NCBI GenBank assembly: GCA_964016885.1
Contig: OZ024744.1
Span: 66,216,001-66,280,000, forward strand
Source: Eledone cirrhosa
Taxonomy: Eukaryota
Direction: 5' to 3'
Length of the DNA stretch: 64,000 nucleotides
The notes under the pieces were generated by a model. The model made no database searches, was not told the origin of the DNA, and saw only the letters and a program-made list of their open reading frames with translations. Shown piece by piece: positions 47,408 through 62,103 of this stretch. Position 1 is the first letter of the stretch. Each line of letters begins with the position of its first letter. The position numbers and the translations under genes were made by a program.

Positions 47408-50352
47408 ATGTAAATCTCCTTTGACTTCTGGTAACATATGTAAATCTCCTTTGACTTCTGGTAACATATGTAAATCTCCTTTGACTTCTGGTAACATATG
47501 TAAATCTCCTTTGAGTTCTGGTAACATATGTAAATCTCCTTTGACTTCTGGTAACATATGTAAATCTCCTTTGACTTCTGGTAACATATGTAAATCTCCT
47601 TTGACTTCTGGTAACATATGTAAATCTCCTTTCAGTTCTGGTAACATATGTAAATCTCCTTTGACTTCTGGTAACATATGTAAATCTCCTTTGACTTCTG
47701 GTAACATATGTAAATCTCCTTTGAGTTCTGGTAACATATGTAAATCTCCTTTGACTTCTGGTAACATATGTAAATCTCCTTTGACTTCTGGTAACATATG
47801 TAAATCTCCTTTGACTTCTGGTAACATATGTAAATCTCCTTTGACTTCTGGTAACATATGTAAATCTCCTTTGAGTTCTGGTAACATATGTAAATCTCCT
47901 TTGACTTCTGGTAACATATGTAAATCTCCTTTGACTTCTGGTAACATATGTAAATCTCCTTTGACTTCTGGTAACATATGTAAATCTCCTTTGACTTCTG
48001 GTAACATATGTAAATCTCATTTGATTTCTGGTAATATATGTAAATCTCCTTTGACTTCTGGTAACATATGTAAATCTCCTTTGAGTTCTGGTCACATATG
48101 TAAATCTCCTTTGACTTCTGGTAACATATGTAAATCTCCTTTGACTTCTGGTAACATATGTAAATCTCCTTTGAGTTCTGGTCACATATGTAAATCTCCT
48201 TTGACTTCTGGTAACATATGTAAATCTCCTTTGACTTCTGGTAACATATGTAAATCTCCTTTGACTTCTGGTAACATATGTAAATCTCCTTTGACTTCTG
48301 GTAACATATGTAAATCTCCTTTGACTTCTGGTAACATATGTAAATCTCCTTTGACTTCTGGTAACATATGTAAATCTCCTTTGACTTCTGGTAACATATG
48401 TAAATCTCATTTGAGTTCTGGTAACATATGTAAATCTCCTTTGACTTCTGGTAACATATGTAAATCTCCTTTGACTTCTGGTAACATATGTAAATCTCCT
48501 TTGAGTTCTGGTAACATATGTAAATCTCCTTTGACTTCTGGTAACATATGTAAATCTCCTTTGACTTCTGGTAACATATGTAAATCTCCTTTGACTTCTG
48601 GTAACATATGTATATCTCCTTTGACTTCTGGTAATATATGTAAATCTCCTTTGACTTCTGGTAACATATGTAAATCTCCTTTGACTTCTGGTAACATATG
48701 TAAATCTCCTTTGACGTCTGGTAACATATGTAAATCTCCTTTGACTTCTGGTAACATATGTAAATCTCCTTTGACTTCTGGTAACATATGTAAATCTCCT
48801 TTGACTTCTGGTAACATATGTAAATCTCCTTTGAGTTCTGGTAACATATGTATATCTCCTTTGAGTTCTGGTAACATATGTAAATCTCCTTTGACTTCTG
48901 GTAACATATGTAAATCTCCTTTGACTTCTGGTAACATATGTAAATCTCCTTTGACTTCTGGTAACATATGTAAATCTCCTTTGACTTCTGGTAACATATG
49001 TAAATCTCCTTTGACTTCTGGTAACATATGTAAATCTCATTTGAGTTCTGGTAACATATGTAAATCTCCTTTGAGTTCTGGTAACATATGTAAATCTCCT
49101 TTGACTTCTGGTAACATATGTAAATCTCCTTTGACTTCTGGTAACATATGTAAATCTCCTTTGACTTCTGGTAACATATGTAAATCTCCTTTGACTTCTG
49201 GTAACATATGTAAATCTCCTTTGACTTCTGGTAACATATGTAAATCTCCTTTGACTTCTGGTAACATATGTATATCTCCTTTGACTTCTGGTAATATATG
49301 TAAATCTCCTTTGACTTCTGGTAACATATGTAAATCTCCTTTGACTTCTGGTAACATATGTAAATCTCCTTTGACGTCTGGTAACATATGTAAATCTCCT
49401 TTGACTTCTGGTAACATATGTAAATCTCCTTTGACTTCTGGTAACATATGTAAATCTCCTTTGACTTCTGGTAACATATGTAAATCTCCTTTGAGTTCTG
49501 GTAACATATGTATATCTCCTTTGAGTTCTGGTAACATATGTAAATCTCCTTTGACTTCTGGTAACATATGTAAATCTCCTTTGACTTCTGGTAACATATG
49601 TAAATCTCCTTTGACTTCTGGTAACATATGTAAATCTCCTTTGACTTCTGGTAACATATGTAAATCTCCTTTGACTTCTGGTAACATATGTAAATCTCAT
49701 TTGAGTTCTGGTAACATATGTAAATCTCCTTTGAGTTCTGGTAACATATGTAAATCTCCTTTGACTTCTGGTAACATATGTAAATCTCCTTTGACTTCTG
49801 GTAACATATGTAAATCTCCTTTGACTTCTGGTAACATATGTAAATCTCCTTTGACTTCTGGTAACATATGTAAATCTCCTTTGACTTCTGGTAACATATG
49901 TAAATCTCATTTGAGTTCTGGTAACATATGTAAATCTCCTTTGACTTCTGGTAACATATGTAAATCTCCTTTGACTTCTGGTAACATATGTAAATCTCCT
50001 TTGACTTCTGATAACATATGTAAATCTCCTTTGAGTTCTGGTCACATATGTAAATCCCCTTTGACTTCTGGTAACATATGTAAATCTCCTTTGAGTTCTG
50101 GTAACATATGTAAATCTCCTTTGACTTCTGGTAACATATGTAAATCTCCTTTGACTTCTGGTAACATATGTAAATCTCCTTTGAGTTCTGGTAACATATG
50201 TAAATCTCCTTTGACTTCTGATAACATATGTAAATCTCCTTTGACTTCTGGTAACATATGTAAATCCCCTTTGACTTCTGGTAACATATGTAAATCTCCT
50301 TTGAGTTCTGGTAACATATGTATATCTCCTTTGAGTTCTTGTAACATATGTA
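47408..50352. repeat. Minisatellite, about 98 x 30 bp, with a 660-bp higher-order duplication
   Basis: Unit ATGTAAATCTCCTTTGACTTCTGGTAACAT; no indels seen. Confidence 0.98.
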
Positions 50353-51086
50353 TAATGGTAAGATAAATGAACCGGAACCAATTTGGAATTTGGTTAAACA
50401 GTATATGTACAGAACCAAAATTACTTTTTGGATCTCTATCTATCAATCACTCTCACCATCTTTCTAAATGTTTATCTATCCATGTAAATCTGTCTGTCAG
50501 TCTATCTAATGATCCTTATTTGTTTTATTGCACAGTAATGAGAAAGATAATTTGGGAAATACACACTAACATTCTAATTTGTGCATACAATACAAATATA
50601 GAACCCCATTTCAGCTGGTTGTATTTGCAATCATATCCTTTTGATCAAGGTAGAGCCATTACTTCTCTGAATTAAGAGATCACAGCTCTAATGCTATGGA
50701 CATGTGGTTAGAATGCTTAAAGAAAGAATCACTGGATAGATTTTACAGGCAAAACCAACTGACAGGAGATCCACTGGCCACTGGTCTCTGTCCTCTGAGG
50801 CAGTTTTGCCATCCACTGTCATTGACAGCATTTGGTTATTTTAACAGCTGTTCTAGCAATGAGTATTCTCATTTTTATATGTAATATATATATGCATTAT
50901 ATGGATTGGCAGTATCGGTAGAGGGTCGGACGCCATGCTTTGACGCATAGAGTTATGGCCCTTGCCATACTGAGTTCAAATCCTGCCGAGGTTAACTTTG
51001 CCTTTCATCCTTACAAGGTCGATAAAATAAAGTACCAGTAATGCACTGGGTAATTGCTGGCCTTGTGCCAAACGTAGAAACAATTA

Positions 51087-51136
<50 letters not shown>

Positions 51137-51727
51137 AGAAGCAAAGAAAATTTCAATGATACAAAAGATTTCCTGGTGGAAGTTCAGGTGTACTCCGGGT
51201 TGGTATCCAGTTTCCGGGTGAAAATCCAATTAGAAAATCCAACGAATACCCCGCCCATTATCACACCCCTAGATTCCTATTGTTTTCTCTTGATCATTAA
51301 CATCGTCTCTTACAACTAATACATGCTCACTCCACTTTTCCCTTCACTGCTTTGTATGCACACATACACACCCTTATATTAACATACTTTTGATCATAGC
51401 TTCGTACTTACATGCACACACACTCTTTTACTCACATATACACACATTTCTTCTTAGCTTCGTACAGATGTATAATAACACACACACACACACACAAACA
51501 CATGCTTACACACGTGCTCAAGTATAGTTCTTTTTACAAAACGTTTTGTTTTTTCCATTTCAGGTACACGCCTGCCATCACCCACTTTTCTAAAAAACAA
51601 ATCATACATGCCAGCACCAACAGTTTTGCAAGAGATGTCAACATGAATGTACCTGTTATTTTTATCTAAAGACATTTTTTCCAATTCCAACCTGTCCGTC
51701 CCCTTAATCTATCTTATTTCTCCTTTT

Positions 51728-51762
51728 TCTTCTGATGAAGACTAACGTCCGAAACGTTAAGA
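51728..51762 (+). ncRNA. Ultra-minimal hammerhead (ACGU stem III family)
   Basis: TCTT-CTGATGA-A-GAC-TAAC-GTC-C-GAAA-CG-TT-AAGA. Confidence 0.72.
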
Positions 51763-52576
51763 CCCTCTTCCTGCTATATCAAGTGTTAACCCACTATATC
51801 CCTTCCATATACTGTACCAATTGTGTTGTTATTTCTGTTTACCTTTTACATACATATATATACATATATATACATATATATGCATGCTCCATTGGATGTG
51901 TAATAGTAATATACGTGAACGGCAAAGCATAAATGAACTAAGTGAGAAATTAGGAATAAGAGGGATCAGATGCTGTTTACTCGAGAGAAGACTACGTTGG
52001 TATGGTCACGTGATGTGCATGAAAGACGACAGCTGTATAAAAAAGTGCTAGGGCGATAAAAATTGATGGTAGCTACGGAGTAGGTAGACCCAGAAAAACC
52101 TGGGATGATCTGATAAATTCCGACCTTACACACTTGCACCTCTCTAAGACAATGTCTCTGGACCGAGATCTTTGGTGCTACACAGTAATACAGAAGACCC
52201 GCCTTGCCTATGGACAAAGCGAAACCTACAGTCAGTAGGCACCTCTTAACCAAATATACACCCCAATCCACTACCCCTACGCTATCCTCCCACTCCCACC
52301 AACAGCATGAGATAATGAGATCGAGATCACGTAGGTGTCACGACAAAAAAACACACAGTCCACGCTGTAATGTGGTCGTGTAGGTAACATGGTAAAAAGT
52401 TCCCAGTTCCACACTGTAAATGTGGTTGGTGTTAGGAAGGGCATCCAACCGTAGAAAACCTGCCAGATAGTCCTATATGAGCGAGACACGGTCACCCGAC
52501 GACCCTTGCCTCAAGTGGGACAACTCTCGTCTAACCCATGCTAGCGAGGAAGATGGACGTTAAACGAAGATGATGA

Positions 52577-52661
<85 letters not shown>

Positions 52662-52742
52662 AAAATATAAATAAATAAATATATATAAATATAAATTAAA
52701 AAAATATATATATAAATATAAATATATATATATATATCATAT

Positions 52743-53284
52743 ACTATTTTGAGTTTCTAACTCAATATATACCTTTGATATATTCGGCTCCTTCAATTTT
52801 TGTCAAGCTAATTTAAATATTGTGTAAACTTGGCTGCTATTTTTAGTAGCGGACGTTTATGAGACACGCTAGGTTCTTATGCCATGTGTATTATTTTATA
52901 TTCGCCTACTATTCAGTCTGCTAAGATACTTAGAAGTGAAGGGATTACTAATTTTTACACCCACTGAAGAGCAAAGAATGGTAATTTCCTTCACTAAAAT
53001 TGCGAAACAGCCTACCATAAGCTGTTTGCCCAATATAGGTTTGTATTTCTTTTCTTGATTTATTGTTTTAAATTGAGTCTGGCAAACCATATTGTTAATA
53101 GTTAGTATTCTTTCACCCTAGCGAACTTGATCCCTTACGATTTGTACACATATATGTATGTATCTGTGTTTATCTCTCTTTTATATTCAATTATATTACA
53201 TGGCTCAGAAAAACCTCTTTCTCTGAGTTATTTATTGTAAGAGACTATTTTGAGTTTCGAACTCAATATATACCTTTGATATAT
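52743..53284 (-). mobile_element. Decayed PLE GIY-YIG C-terminal fragment bounded by 41-bp direct repeats
   Basis: ORF ..GCFAILVKEITILC..RLNSRR is weakly similar to the PLE endonuclease end. Repeats at 52743-52783 and 53244-53284. Confidence 0.45.
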
Positions 53285-54869
53285 ATCATCATCATTTTAT
53301 GTTGGCTTTTTCATGCTTGTATAGGTTGGACATGTCTTTTCCAACACCACATCATTCCATTTGTTGTAGCCCTATATTATTTTCTCTGTGAGCTTCTGCG
53401 ATATGAGATCAACTCTCACAACCGCTGCCCAGGTCTTCTTTAGTCACATTCTTCTGCAGCTACTCCACTCTTAGATTTCTTGGCACTTCTTCACCCAAGT
53501 ATCATCATTCATATTCCTCAGACGTCCATACCAGCACAGTCTTCTTTCCTGTACACTACTTCAGATTATACCCAGCTTCTCTCTCAGATCATCTATGGGT
53601 TATATATATTCATAAACCATTTCTAAATTTTACTCGACAATAGGCTTCAGTAGATATTACCTAAATAAATCGAAAACCCTTGATTTGAGAAGCATATTTC
53701 ATAACCATGCAGTTATGCATTCAACTATATTACTAAATGGTATATATTTGATATTGCTCAATCAATTGAATTGGCCAACAAGTTCTCGGATCACATTTGC
53801 TTACTGATTGGGGTGGAGCTCATCAAATCGGACCAAGGAAACAATGTTTCCACTGGTTTTTCCAATTGCTAATGCTATCTACCTGCTGCAACTCCTGGCG
53901 GAAAGAGAAAGATAAAATAAAGTGTATTTCTCAAGGCTTTGCCTAGTCAAGGGATTGAACTCACAACCTCATGATTGTGAATATATTCCCTTTGTATATA
54001 GATTCAGTAACCCCCAACTCCACTACAACAAATGGAGATTAGGGTTTGAGTTTAGGGTTAGGGCTAAGGTTAAGATTAGTATTTAAATTTGCCTATAGAG
54101 TTTACGCTTTAGTTTTCTCCTAAAGTTCAGTTAATGGAAAAGTAGCAAATTAAAAAATAAAATTCATTTTTTCCTCTCTTTACGTTGCTTCACCAATTGT
54201 GTCTGTTCACTTGTCTTTCTCTTTCTCCACCCACTTCTTTTTATCCCAATAACTTATTTTAGTTATTGAATCGCCCTAGGCTGAGGTATCTTATCTTTAA
54301 TGTGAAGAAATACCTATGATGCCTAGTAGACAACTGATGATGGATAATCCTAACTCTATTTCTAAACTTTTCATTTTTCATTATATATATATATATATAT
54401 ATATATGTTAAATCTCCAGTTAACAGCTGATTAAGGGAATATCAGAAAAATGAAAGCTATATGCATTGTACTGAATATATATGTACATATATTTATACAC
54501 TGACATACATGCACACATTCACACACATATACATATAAGCATATAAATAAATATAGAAGTAGGGTAATAAAAGTCTATACGATAACAGTTTAGAAGAAAA
54601 CTTGGGGAGCACAGTTTAAAGCTATGGGCATCATGATCATGATCATCATCATCACCACCATCATTATTATTACACATCCCTAGGGCGGTGGATTGGCAGT
54701 ATCGGTAGAGGGTTGGACGCCATGCTTTGATGCATAGAGTTATGGTCCTTGCCATTCTGAGTTCAAATCCCGCCGCGGTTAACTTTGCTTTTCATCCTTA
54801 CGGGGTCGATAAAATAAAGTACCAGTAATGCACTGGGTAATTGCTGGCCTTGTGCCAAAAGTAGAAACA

Positions 54870-55285
54870 ATTATTACACATCCCTGCCATCACCAGTACC
54901 ACCAGCACCACCATCCTGTTATCATCATCATCACCACCACCACCACCACCACCACAACCACCATCATCATTATCGCACACCTCTGCATCACATCATCATC
55001 ATCATCATCACCTTCACCATTACCATCACCATCACCATCACCACCATCATTATTATTGCACATCCCTGCCATCACCAGCACCACCATCCTGTCATCATCG
55101 TCATCATCATCATCACCAGCAGCACCACCACTAGCACCACCATTAGCACCGTCACCACCATCCTGTCATCATTATCACCACCACCACCACCACCACCATT
55201 ATTGCACACCCCTGCATCACATCACCACCATCACCACCACCACCACCACCACCATCACCATCATCAACAACCATCAATCATTATG
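54870..55285. repeat. (CAC/CAT)n compound trinucleotide tract
   Basis: Direct inspection; ATTACACATCCCTG sub-motif recurs. Confidence 0.85.
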
Positions 55286-56723
55286 AAGTACTCTGCATAA
55301 GAGACACAACTTCAGGGTAATGATTTATGTACACTGTTATTCAATATACTGAGAAAGTTTTAACATAGTCATACTAGTGTCTCAATGGATATCAAAATCC
55401 TCTTTAAATGTGAGGAAGGTAGCCAGCCAAACTTCTTATAATATCTTCATGGAATGAACCTTTTCAGAATTTACAGAATTTAAAAGTATTTCCTAATTTC
55501 TGACATACGAAAGCTGTTTACCCAGCATACTCAATTCCATTAATCATTGTCTTACAAAATAGTGTCTAGGTGGATCTTTGGTGAGCACTTCACTACCAAC
55601 ACCATTATTATCACCACTTCTACAGCTACCATCACCACCACTACAACTGCCACTACCATCATCATTTGCTGAAGACAGAACTATCTTTCAAGTGCTGGTG
55701 CAGCAATAACATATTCCTTGCACACTCAGTTAAGTAGTAATGCCTGCCAGTAACATGATAAATAGACCCCCACCCCACCCCACCCCGTGCCGCCCAGAGA
55801 ACTCTGTAAAGTAGTTGGCTTTATGTTGGGCATCTGGCTGTAGAAACCATGCCAATATATGAAACATGTGTGATGGTGTTCTCTGACCCATATAAACTCA
55901 GACCATGATGATACATCAAAATCATGACAGCATAGAAAGCAAACATCAAACGATGATTGTGATGATAATACATTAGCAAAGGGTACAGTAATCTTCATTT
56001 CTTTTACTGTTGCTGTAGCCATTGAATCAAGCTTTTTTTTTTTTTCTTACTGATTCATTTAACTTGACATTTAAACAACTACCATGTTATGTTTTTTTAT
56101 AACTTGGTGTAAAGGACACACATCAACAATTACTACAATTAAAGCATTTAAAACATCAGGGCTCTATCACATTTCCATGTTAGAATCATAATCTAATAGA
56201 AATAAAACTACACTGTTGCATTAGGTAAACAAAATACAAATGTCGTCTAAATAAAAACCATCTGCTTTTAGTGTTTTTAAAATAAACTGAAATAAAATAT
56301 TAAACTAATTGAAAATGCTCTTGAAACATTTTCAGTTTTCTGGCTTTCACATTTTTTTAAATCTATGGCTTTATGGCAATGTCAGTGATATATGTAATAT
56401 GTAATATACATCAATATATGTTTCCATGCATTAGATATGACAGAGCTCAATGAATTTTCACACGATCAAATACTTTGCATTATATTGAATATTATGTATA
56501 CACAAGGGGCAAGTTAACATTAGTACAGAAGTCGTGTCTTATTACATGTTCATATGTGTTGTTTGATAGTAAACCAAATTGTTTAGTTCTACAGGGATGT
56601 ACAATTCCTTTTAAAAGTTATTGACTAAATTGTCTTATAAGTTCTACAGTAATGACTGAATTGCTTTATTGAATTTCCTTATATTTTTACTCAGATGCAA
56701 CGACTTTTGTGATTATTGTCTTT

Positions 56724-56770
56724 CCCAGCGGATGAGTCATCCACAATGAGGAAACCAGATTTGGTCAGGG
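56724..56770 (+). ncRNA. Degenerate hammerhead motif
   Basis: CGGATGA-GTCAT-CCACA-ATGAG-GAAA-CCAGATTTGG-TC-AGGG; near-palindromic stem III and GUC triplet, but U4G and weak stem I. Confidence 0.5.
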
Positions 56771-56891
56771 CTCTCTTAAATGTTCATATTGATTGTGGAT
56801 GTCAAGATCTATCTATCTGTTTGTCTTCTGCATGCCTGCCTGATCATCTGTTTCTCTCTCTCCCACCCCCTCTCTCTCTCTTATGTGTATG

Positions 56892-56943
<52 letters not shown>

Positions 56944-57135
56944 TGTTAAACAATATTCGATGATTATGTCAAAGAATGAGTTTTACAGTAGATTGGAAGC
57001 ACTCAACAGAAAAATAATTTTCAGGAGTTATTAATATATAAGTATTAATAAAATAGATGTTCTTTTGACCAATTACTACCTTGATTAAATCTTAACCATA
57101 TAACATCTCGGGGTATGTCATGTATCATTATATTT

Positions 57136-57182
57136 TGTCTGATGAGGACGTACTGTTGTACATCCGAAATATGTATAATAAA
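57136..57182 (+). ncRNA. Hammerhead motif with decayed cleavage site
   Basis: CTGATGA-GGACGTAC-TGTT-GTACATCC-GAAA-TATG-TA-TAATAAA. Confidence 0.65.
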
Positions 57183-57224
57183 ATGCAATTGATCAAAACA
57201 ACATCTATTTTATTAATACTTATA

Positions 57225-57326
<102 letters not shown>

Positions 57327-57386
57327 CTACACACACATATATATATACATATACACACACACACATATATATATATTTATTAATAA

Positions 57387-57438
57387 AGTTTAAGCAAAGT
57401 ATTTCTGTTTTCACTCTATTATGGAATCTTCTGAAACC
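57387..57438 (-). ncRNA. Diverged CAGAAGA-family hammerhead motif
   Basis: GGTTT-CAGAAGA-TTCCATAATAGAGT-GAAA-ACAGAAATACTTTGC-TT-AAACT. Confidence 0.55.
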
Positions 57439-57705
57439 GAGAAAATTTAATCTGTAGATGCATAAGTAAATATTACTATATATTATAAATATATACCAAG
57501 AAATGATGGGTTATGTAATATATGTATATGATGGGTTATGTAATATATATATATAACTGCTCTGTAGAACAACTGATGTTATTACATTGAGACTTTATCT
57601 TACTGGTAATAAGGTAGTAATAAATTACTGTCTTTCACTGTTTAGGGTTTAAAATATATATAACTATAAAAAGTTTTAGTATATACATAACCATAAATAG
57701 TATCC

Positions 57706-57761
<56 letters not shown>

Positions 57762-57811
57762 TATATATAAGCAGAAAATGTACACAGAAAGACAGTTACA
57801 TCAAAGCACAT

Positions 57812-57916
57812 GGACAACTGCATCTCTACCTTATCAGCCACCTTGCTGGCATGCAATTATGTGCATGTAAATTGCATGCCAACAAAGTAGCTGATAAGGT
57901 AGAGATGCAGTTGTCC
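57812..57916. repeat. Hairpin with arms of about 47 bp
   Basis: GGACAACTGCATCTCTACCTTATCAGC..GGCATGCAATT-loop-AATTGCATGCC..GCTGATAAGGTAGAGATGCAGTTGTCC. Confidence 0.92.
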
Positions 57917-59625
57917 GTTTGTCTTATGTAACTCTTTTTATGTGTTCATTTTCTGCTTATATATATATATATATAGTGGTTAGAGCATTGGCCTTGCAAT
58001 TGAAAGGTTGTGAGTTCAATTCTCAGACTGGGTGATGTGTTGTTTCCTTGAGCAAGACACTTTATTTCACATTGCTCCAGTTTACTCAGCTGTAGAAATG
58101 AGATGATATGGATCTGGGTCCCTATCATTCCACTGCAAAGTGGTCGTGGAGGTGCCACGGAAAAAAAGCACCCAGCCCACACTGTAAAGTGGTCGTGTAG
58201 GCGCCATGGAAAAAAAGTACCCAGCACTCACTGTAAATGAGGTTGGTGTTAGGAAGGGCATCCAGCTGTAGAAATCAACCCAGAATCAATTCCCGTCCCA
58301 CCCTTGCAAGCAGGGAAAAGCGGACGTAAAATGATGATGATGATGATGATGATATATATATATATAATATATAAGCAAGCATATAACATTGTATACATAT
58401 ATATGTATGTGTGTGTGAATGCATGTATGTATATATAGAGAGAGAAAGAGAGAAATTTGTGTATATTTGTATATATAGTTCTTGTTCTTTATAGCAGACT
58501 ATTCTAACTGAGATGAAACACTTGGGGGCAAGGTCTGATGATGTTTACACCATCATGTTGCAGGCCATTTTAAACATTTCCTGGAAGAAGTATAGACCAA
58601 ACAAAGACTTTTTGCAATTCCTAATATCATTAAGGGAGGCACATGAGCTTTGCTGGACATTGCTGGGGGAATTAAGCAAGATTTCATTTGTGATATACTC
58701 CTATGGACACCACAACATGAGTATACACAGGCAAAACTTATGTGTACTGCTTGGACACTTATAAATAGTTTGCAGGCATGTTACAAGCCATTCTGAAGAT
58801 CACTTGGAAAAAGCATTCAACCAAACCAAGATTGCAAACAAAGATTGTAAGTCAATCTCGTTTTTACACTTAACGTCCTGTACCGCATCAATCCACATTA
58901 GCAACATATTTCTAGAAAGTACTAAATAGCACCCTCATTGCATTATATTAAAGAAATTATATTCTCTACTCTAGCTTATGCCAATTTTTCACAAAGAACT
59001 GTCCACCAATAAAGATACTATAAAGATTTGAATTAACAAACTTGTTTTGAGATATAATCTACTAAATCAATACAGGATATTGAAAGTTAAAGAGAAGCTT
59101 TTACAATACATTGTGAGCGAGTTAAGCTAAGCAAGATTTCATTGGTGATATACTCCTATGGACGCCATAACATGGATATACTGTTCAGAGATATGCATCC
59201 AATCGAATACCCTCCATACTCTGAACACCTTATTTACCTGGGCATGGATACATTAAAGCTCCCACATATGACAACCGATTTGGTAGACACCCACAAAATT
59301 ATTAACCATCTTGTCAACTACAGCCCTGAGTACCTTTTTGAATTCCATGTGTCTAACACCCATGGACTTGCTTACAAACTCAGAAAACAATACAGCTCCC
59401 ATGACTTTCAAAAACATTTTTTCACGCTCAGAGTTACTGAAGTAAGGAACAGACTTCCATGCTTCTCGATATTCACCAACACTGCACCTGATATTCTCTC
59501 TCCATACACATGCACGCATGTATCTGTGTATATAAACATGACTCATACACTGTTCACTTTCCTCACATTTGTACATTATTCTATGTACAATACATGCACC
59601 TTTGATGAGTTGTAGTGCACCTGAG

Positions 59626-60153
59626 CTTTCTCCACGAATATCCCTCGGAAGTCTCCCCTTTATTGGGGAATTTTTCATTCTTTCTTTTTTTGTTACATCC
59701 TCTGTTTTTTTTTTTTTTACATGCAGAAATGCCCATTTGTGCCGCCCTGTACTGTCCTTAATGTTATACTTTATGTCAACCCTTGTGGTTAATAAAGAAA
59801 TCATTAGCGAGAATGGTCCGAGTGAATGGGACTGCTCTGAATATACGCCTGTAGTTTGAGAAATGGAAAAATTGAGAGAAGGCGCTTGCCCTGGTGGTCA
59901 GGGTGACCGTGGTCTTTTGTGTGGTTTTCACCACGAGTAACCCTTGGAGGTTTCCCCCCTATTGGGGAATTTTTCATTGCTTCAATTTTCATTTTTATTG
60001 TTTATATATATATCTATGTCCTTTTTTTCTTTTCTTATATAAATAATAAAAATATTTACACGCACAAAACCCACATCGTACCGTCCTGCACCGTCCTGTT
60101 CCGTCTGTAATGTTTTTCTTGATGTCAGCCCTTGTGGCCAATAAAGAAATCAT
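59626..60153 (+). mobile_element. Two tandem 3' ends of a probable L1/Tx1-type LINE
   Basis: Diverged duplicate CCACGA..CCCCTATTGGGGAATTTTTCATT..CCCTTGTGG..AATAAAGAAATCATT. The second copy is preceded by an ORF end ARMVRVNGTALNIRL*. Confidence 0.55.
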
Positions 60154-60170
60154 TATTATTATTATTACTA

Positions 60171-60207
<37 letters not shown>

Positions 60208-62103
60208 GAGAAGGAAATCCATTAAAAAAAAACTTCATTGACCAGCTCTGTACAGACACAGGATGTTGTCCTGCTGGCCTCTATGTAGGATTTTGATAGG
60301 TGGCATGATGGAGTTGGACGAAACTAAGTAAGCTCCATCAGATGTGTGTATGTCTATGTATGTAAATAGGGAACAGCCTTTCTTTCAAACATGTAATATT
60401 GAAAACATGACTGTATTCAAATGTAATCTTTTTTATTAAGGAACATCATCATCATCGTCATCATTATCCTCACCATCATTATCATCATCGATTTTACATT
60501 TGTTTTTCCATGCATGCATGGGTTGGATGGGTCCTTTTCAGCATCTCTTCACTCATTGCATTCCTTTGTCATCTCCATTGTGAGTTTCACTGATTTGAGA
60601 TCTATGCTATTGTACAGTTATGTAAAAGAGTCATAGCTTCTGATATTGTTGTGGCTGGCATTGGCAGGATCAGTAGAGCATCGGACAACATGCTTAGCGA
60701 CACTGAGTTATGGCCCTTTACGTTCTGGGTTCAAACCCTGCTGAGGTCAGCTTTGCCTTTCATCCTTACAGGGTTGATAAAATAAAGTACCAGTAATGCA
60801 CTGGGATAATTTCTGGCCTTGTGCCAAAAGTAGAAACAGTTATTGTTGAGGCTGTGATTGACAGGGTTGGTAGAGCATCGGACAACATGCTTTGCAGCAG
60901 AGTTATGGCCCTTACAGGGTTGATAAAATAAAGAACCAGTAATGCTCTGGCGTCAATTTAATTGATTTTCTCTTCCCCTTAAAATTGTTGGACTTGTGCC
61001 TAAATCAGAAACCAATCTTGGTGTGGCTTGGGGACAAGGGGAGATAAATTGTATTTGGTACCACAATATCCAGTCCAAACTAATGAGGCTGTGTAGGTGT
61101 CTCGAGAAGGAAAAATTTAATGTGGTCGTGTAGGTAATACGGTAAAAAGCTCCCAGTCCACACTGTAAATGTGGTTGGGGTTAGGAAGGGCATCCGGCTG
61201 TAGAAAACCTGCCAGACAGTCCTATGCGAGCAAGATACGGTCACCCGATCAATCTTTCCTCAAGTGGGACAATTCCTGTCTAACTCATGCTAGTGTGGAA
61301 GATAGACGTTAAATGATGATGATGATGATGATCCTTCCTATTCATGGCAGATGTGTTCAGTCTTTCGGGCATTCATGGATATTTCCAACCATTTAATTTT
61401 TTCAAAGTCGTTTCAAGATATTTCCTATTTTCTTTTTGTTTGGTTTGGAACAACATCATTCCTAAATCCATAAGTCGTCTTAACATTTTGAGACCTTCTT
61501 AGCCCCATCATCAGATTAAAAATCAAGCTAGTAATAGGAAATTATGAAATTCCACTCTATTGGAGATGCAATGGTATTGTGTCGGGGGACAATGATGCAT
61601 ATGTGTGCCTAAACCTTTCATGAACTAATTTAATAAATAAGTTAATAAATTTAAAAAAAATATATTATTAAATAAATAGACAAATCAAAGTGATTGATCA
61701 GTGAATTGTTTAGAATAAGTACATTCATTACATTCATTATAATGCAGTAAGTAGAAAAATATGAGTACATTTCTTACAGGTGTATCATACATATATGATA
61801 AAAAAAGCACCCAGCCCACACTGTAAAGTGGATGTTAAACAATGATGATGATGATCATATATATATACATTGGTGTTAGGAAGGGCATCCAGCCGTAGAA
61901 AACCTGCCAGTCAGTCCTATATGAGCAAGACAAGCAATCTTGCCTCAAGTGGGACAATTCCCATCTAAACCCATGCTAGCATGGAAGATAGACTTTAAAC
62001 GATGATGATGATGATGATGATGATGATAATAATAAAATTAAAATATATATATATATACAATGATATTAAATAAATGGAAACTATATTTATAAAACCATAT
62101 TTA

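Noticed and set aside
47367-50418. ORFs of 928-1004 aa
   Set aside because: By-products of a stop-free 30-bp unit, with several overlapping frames open and no synonymous bias. Not C2H2 zinc fingers, and not CRISPR (no spacers).
54038-54078. TTAGGG-like repeats
   Set aside because: Only a few degenerate units; not a telomeric array.
54331-54352. CTGATGA-T-GGA-TAA-TCC
   Set aside because: Stops after stem II; at most a deleted remnant.
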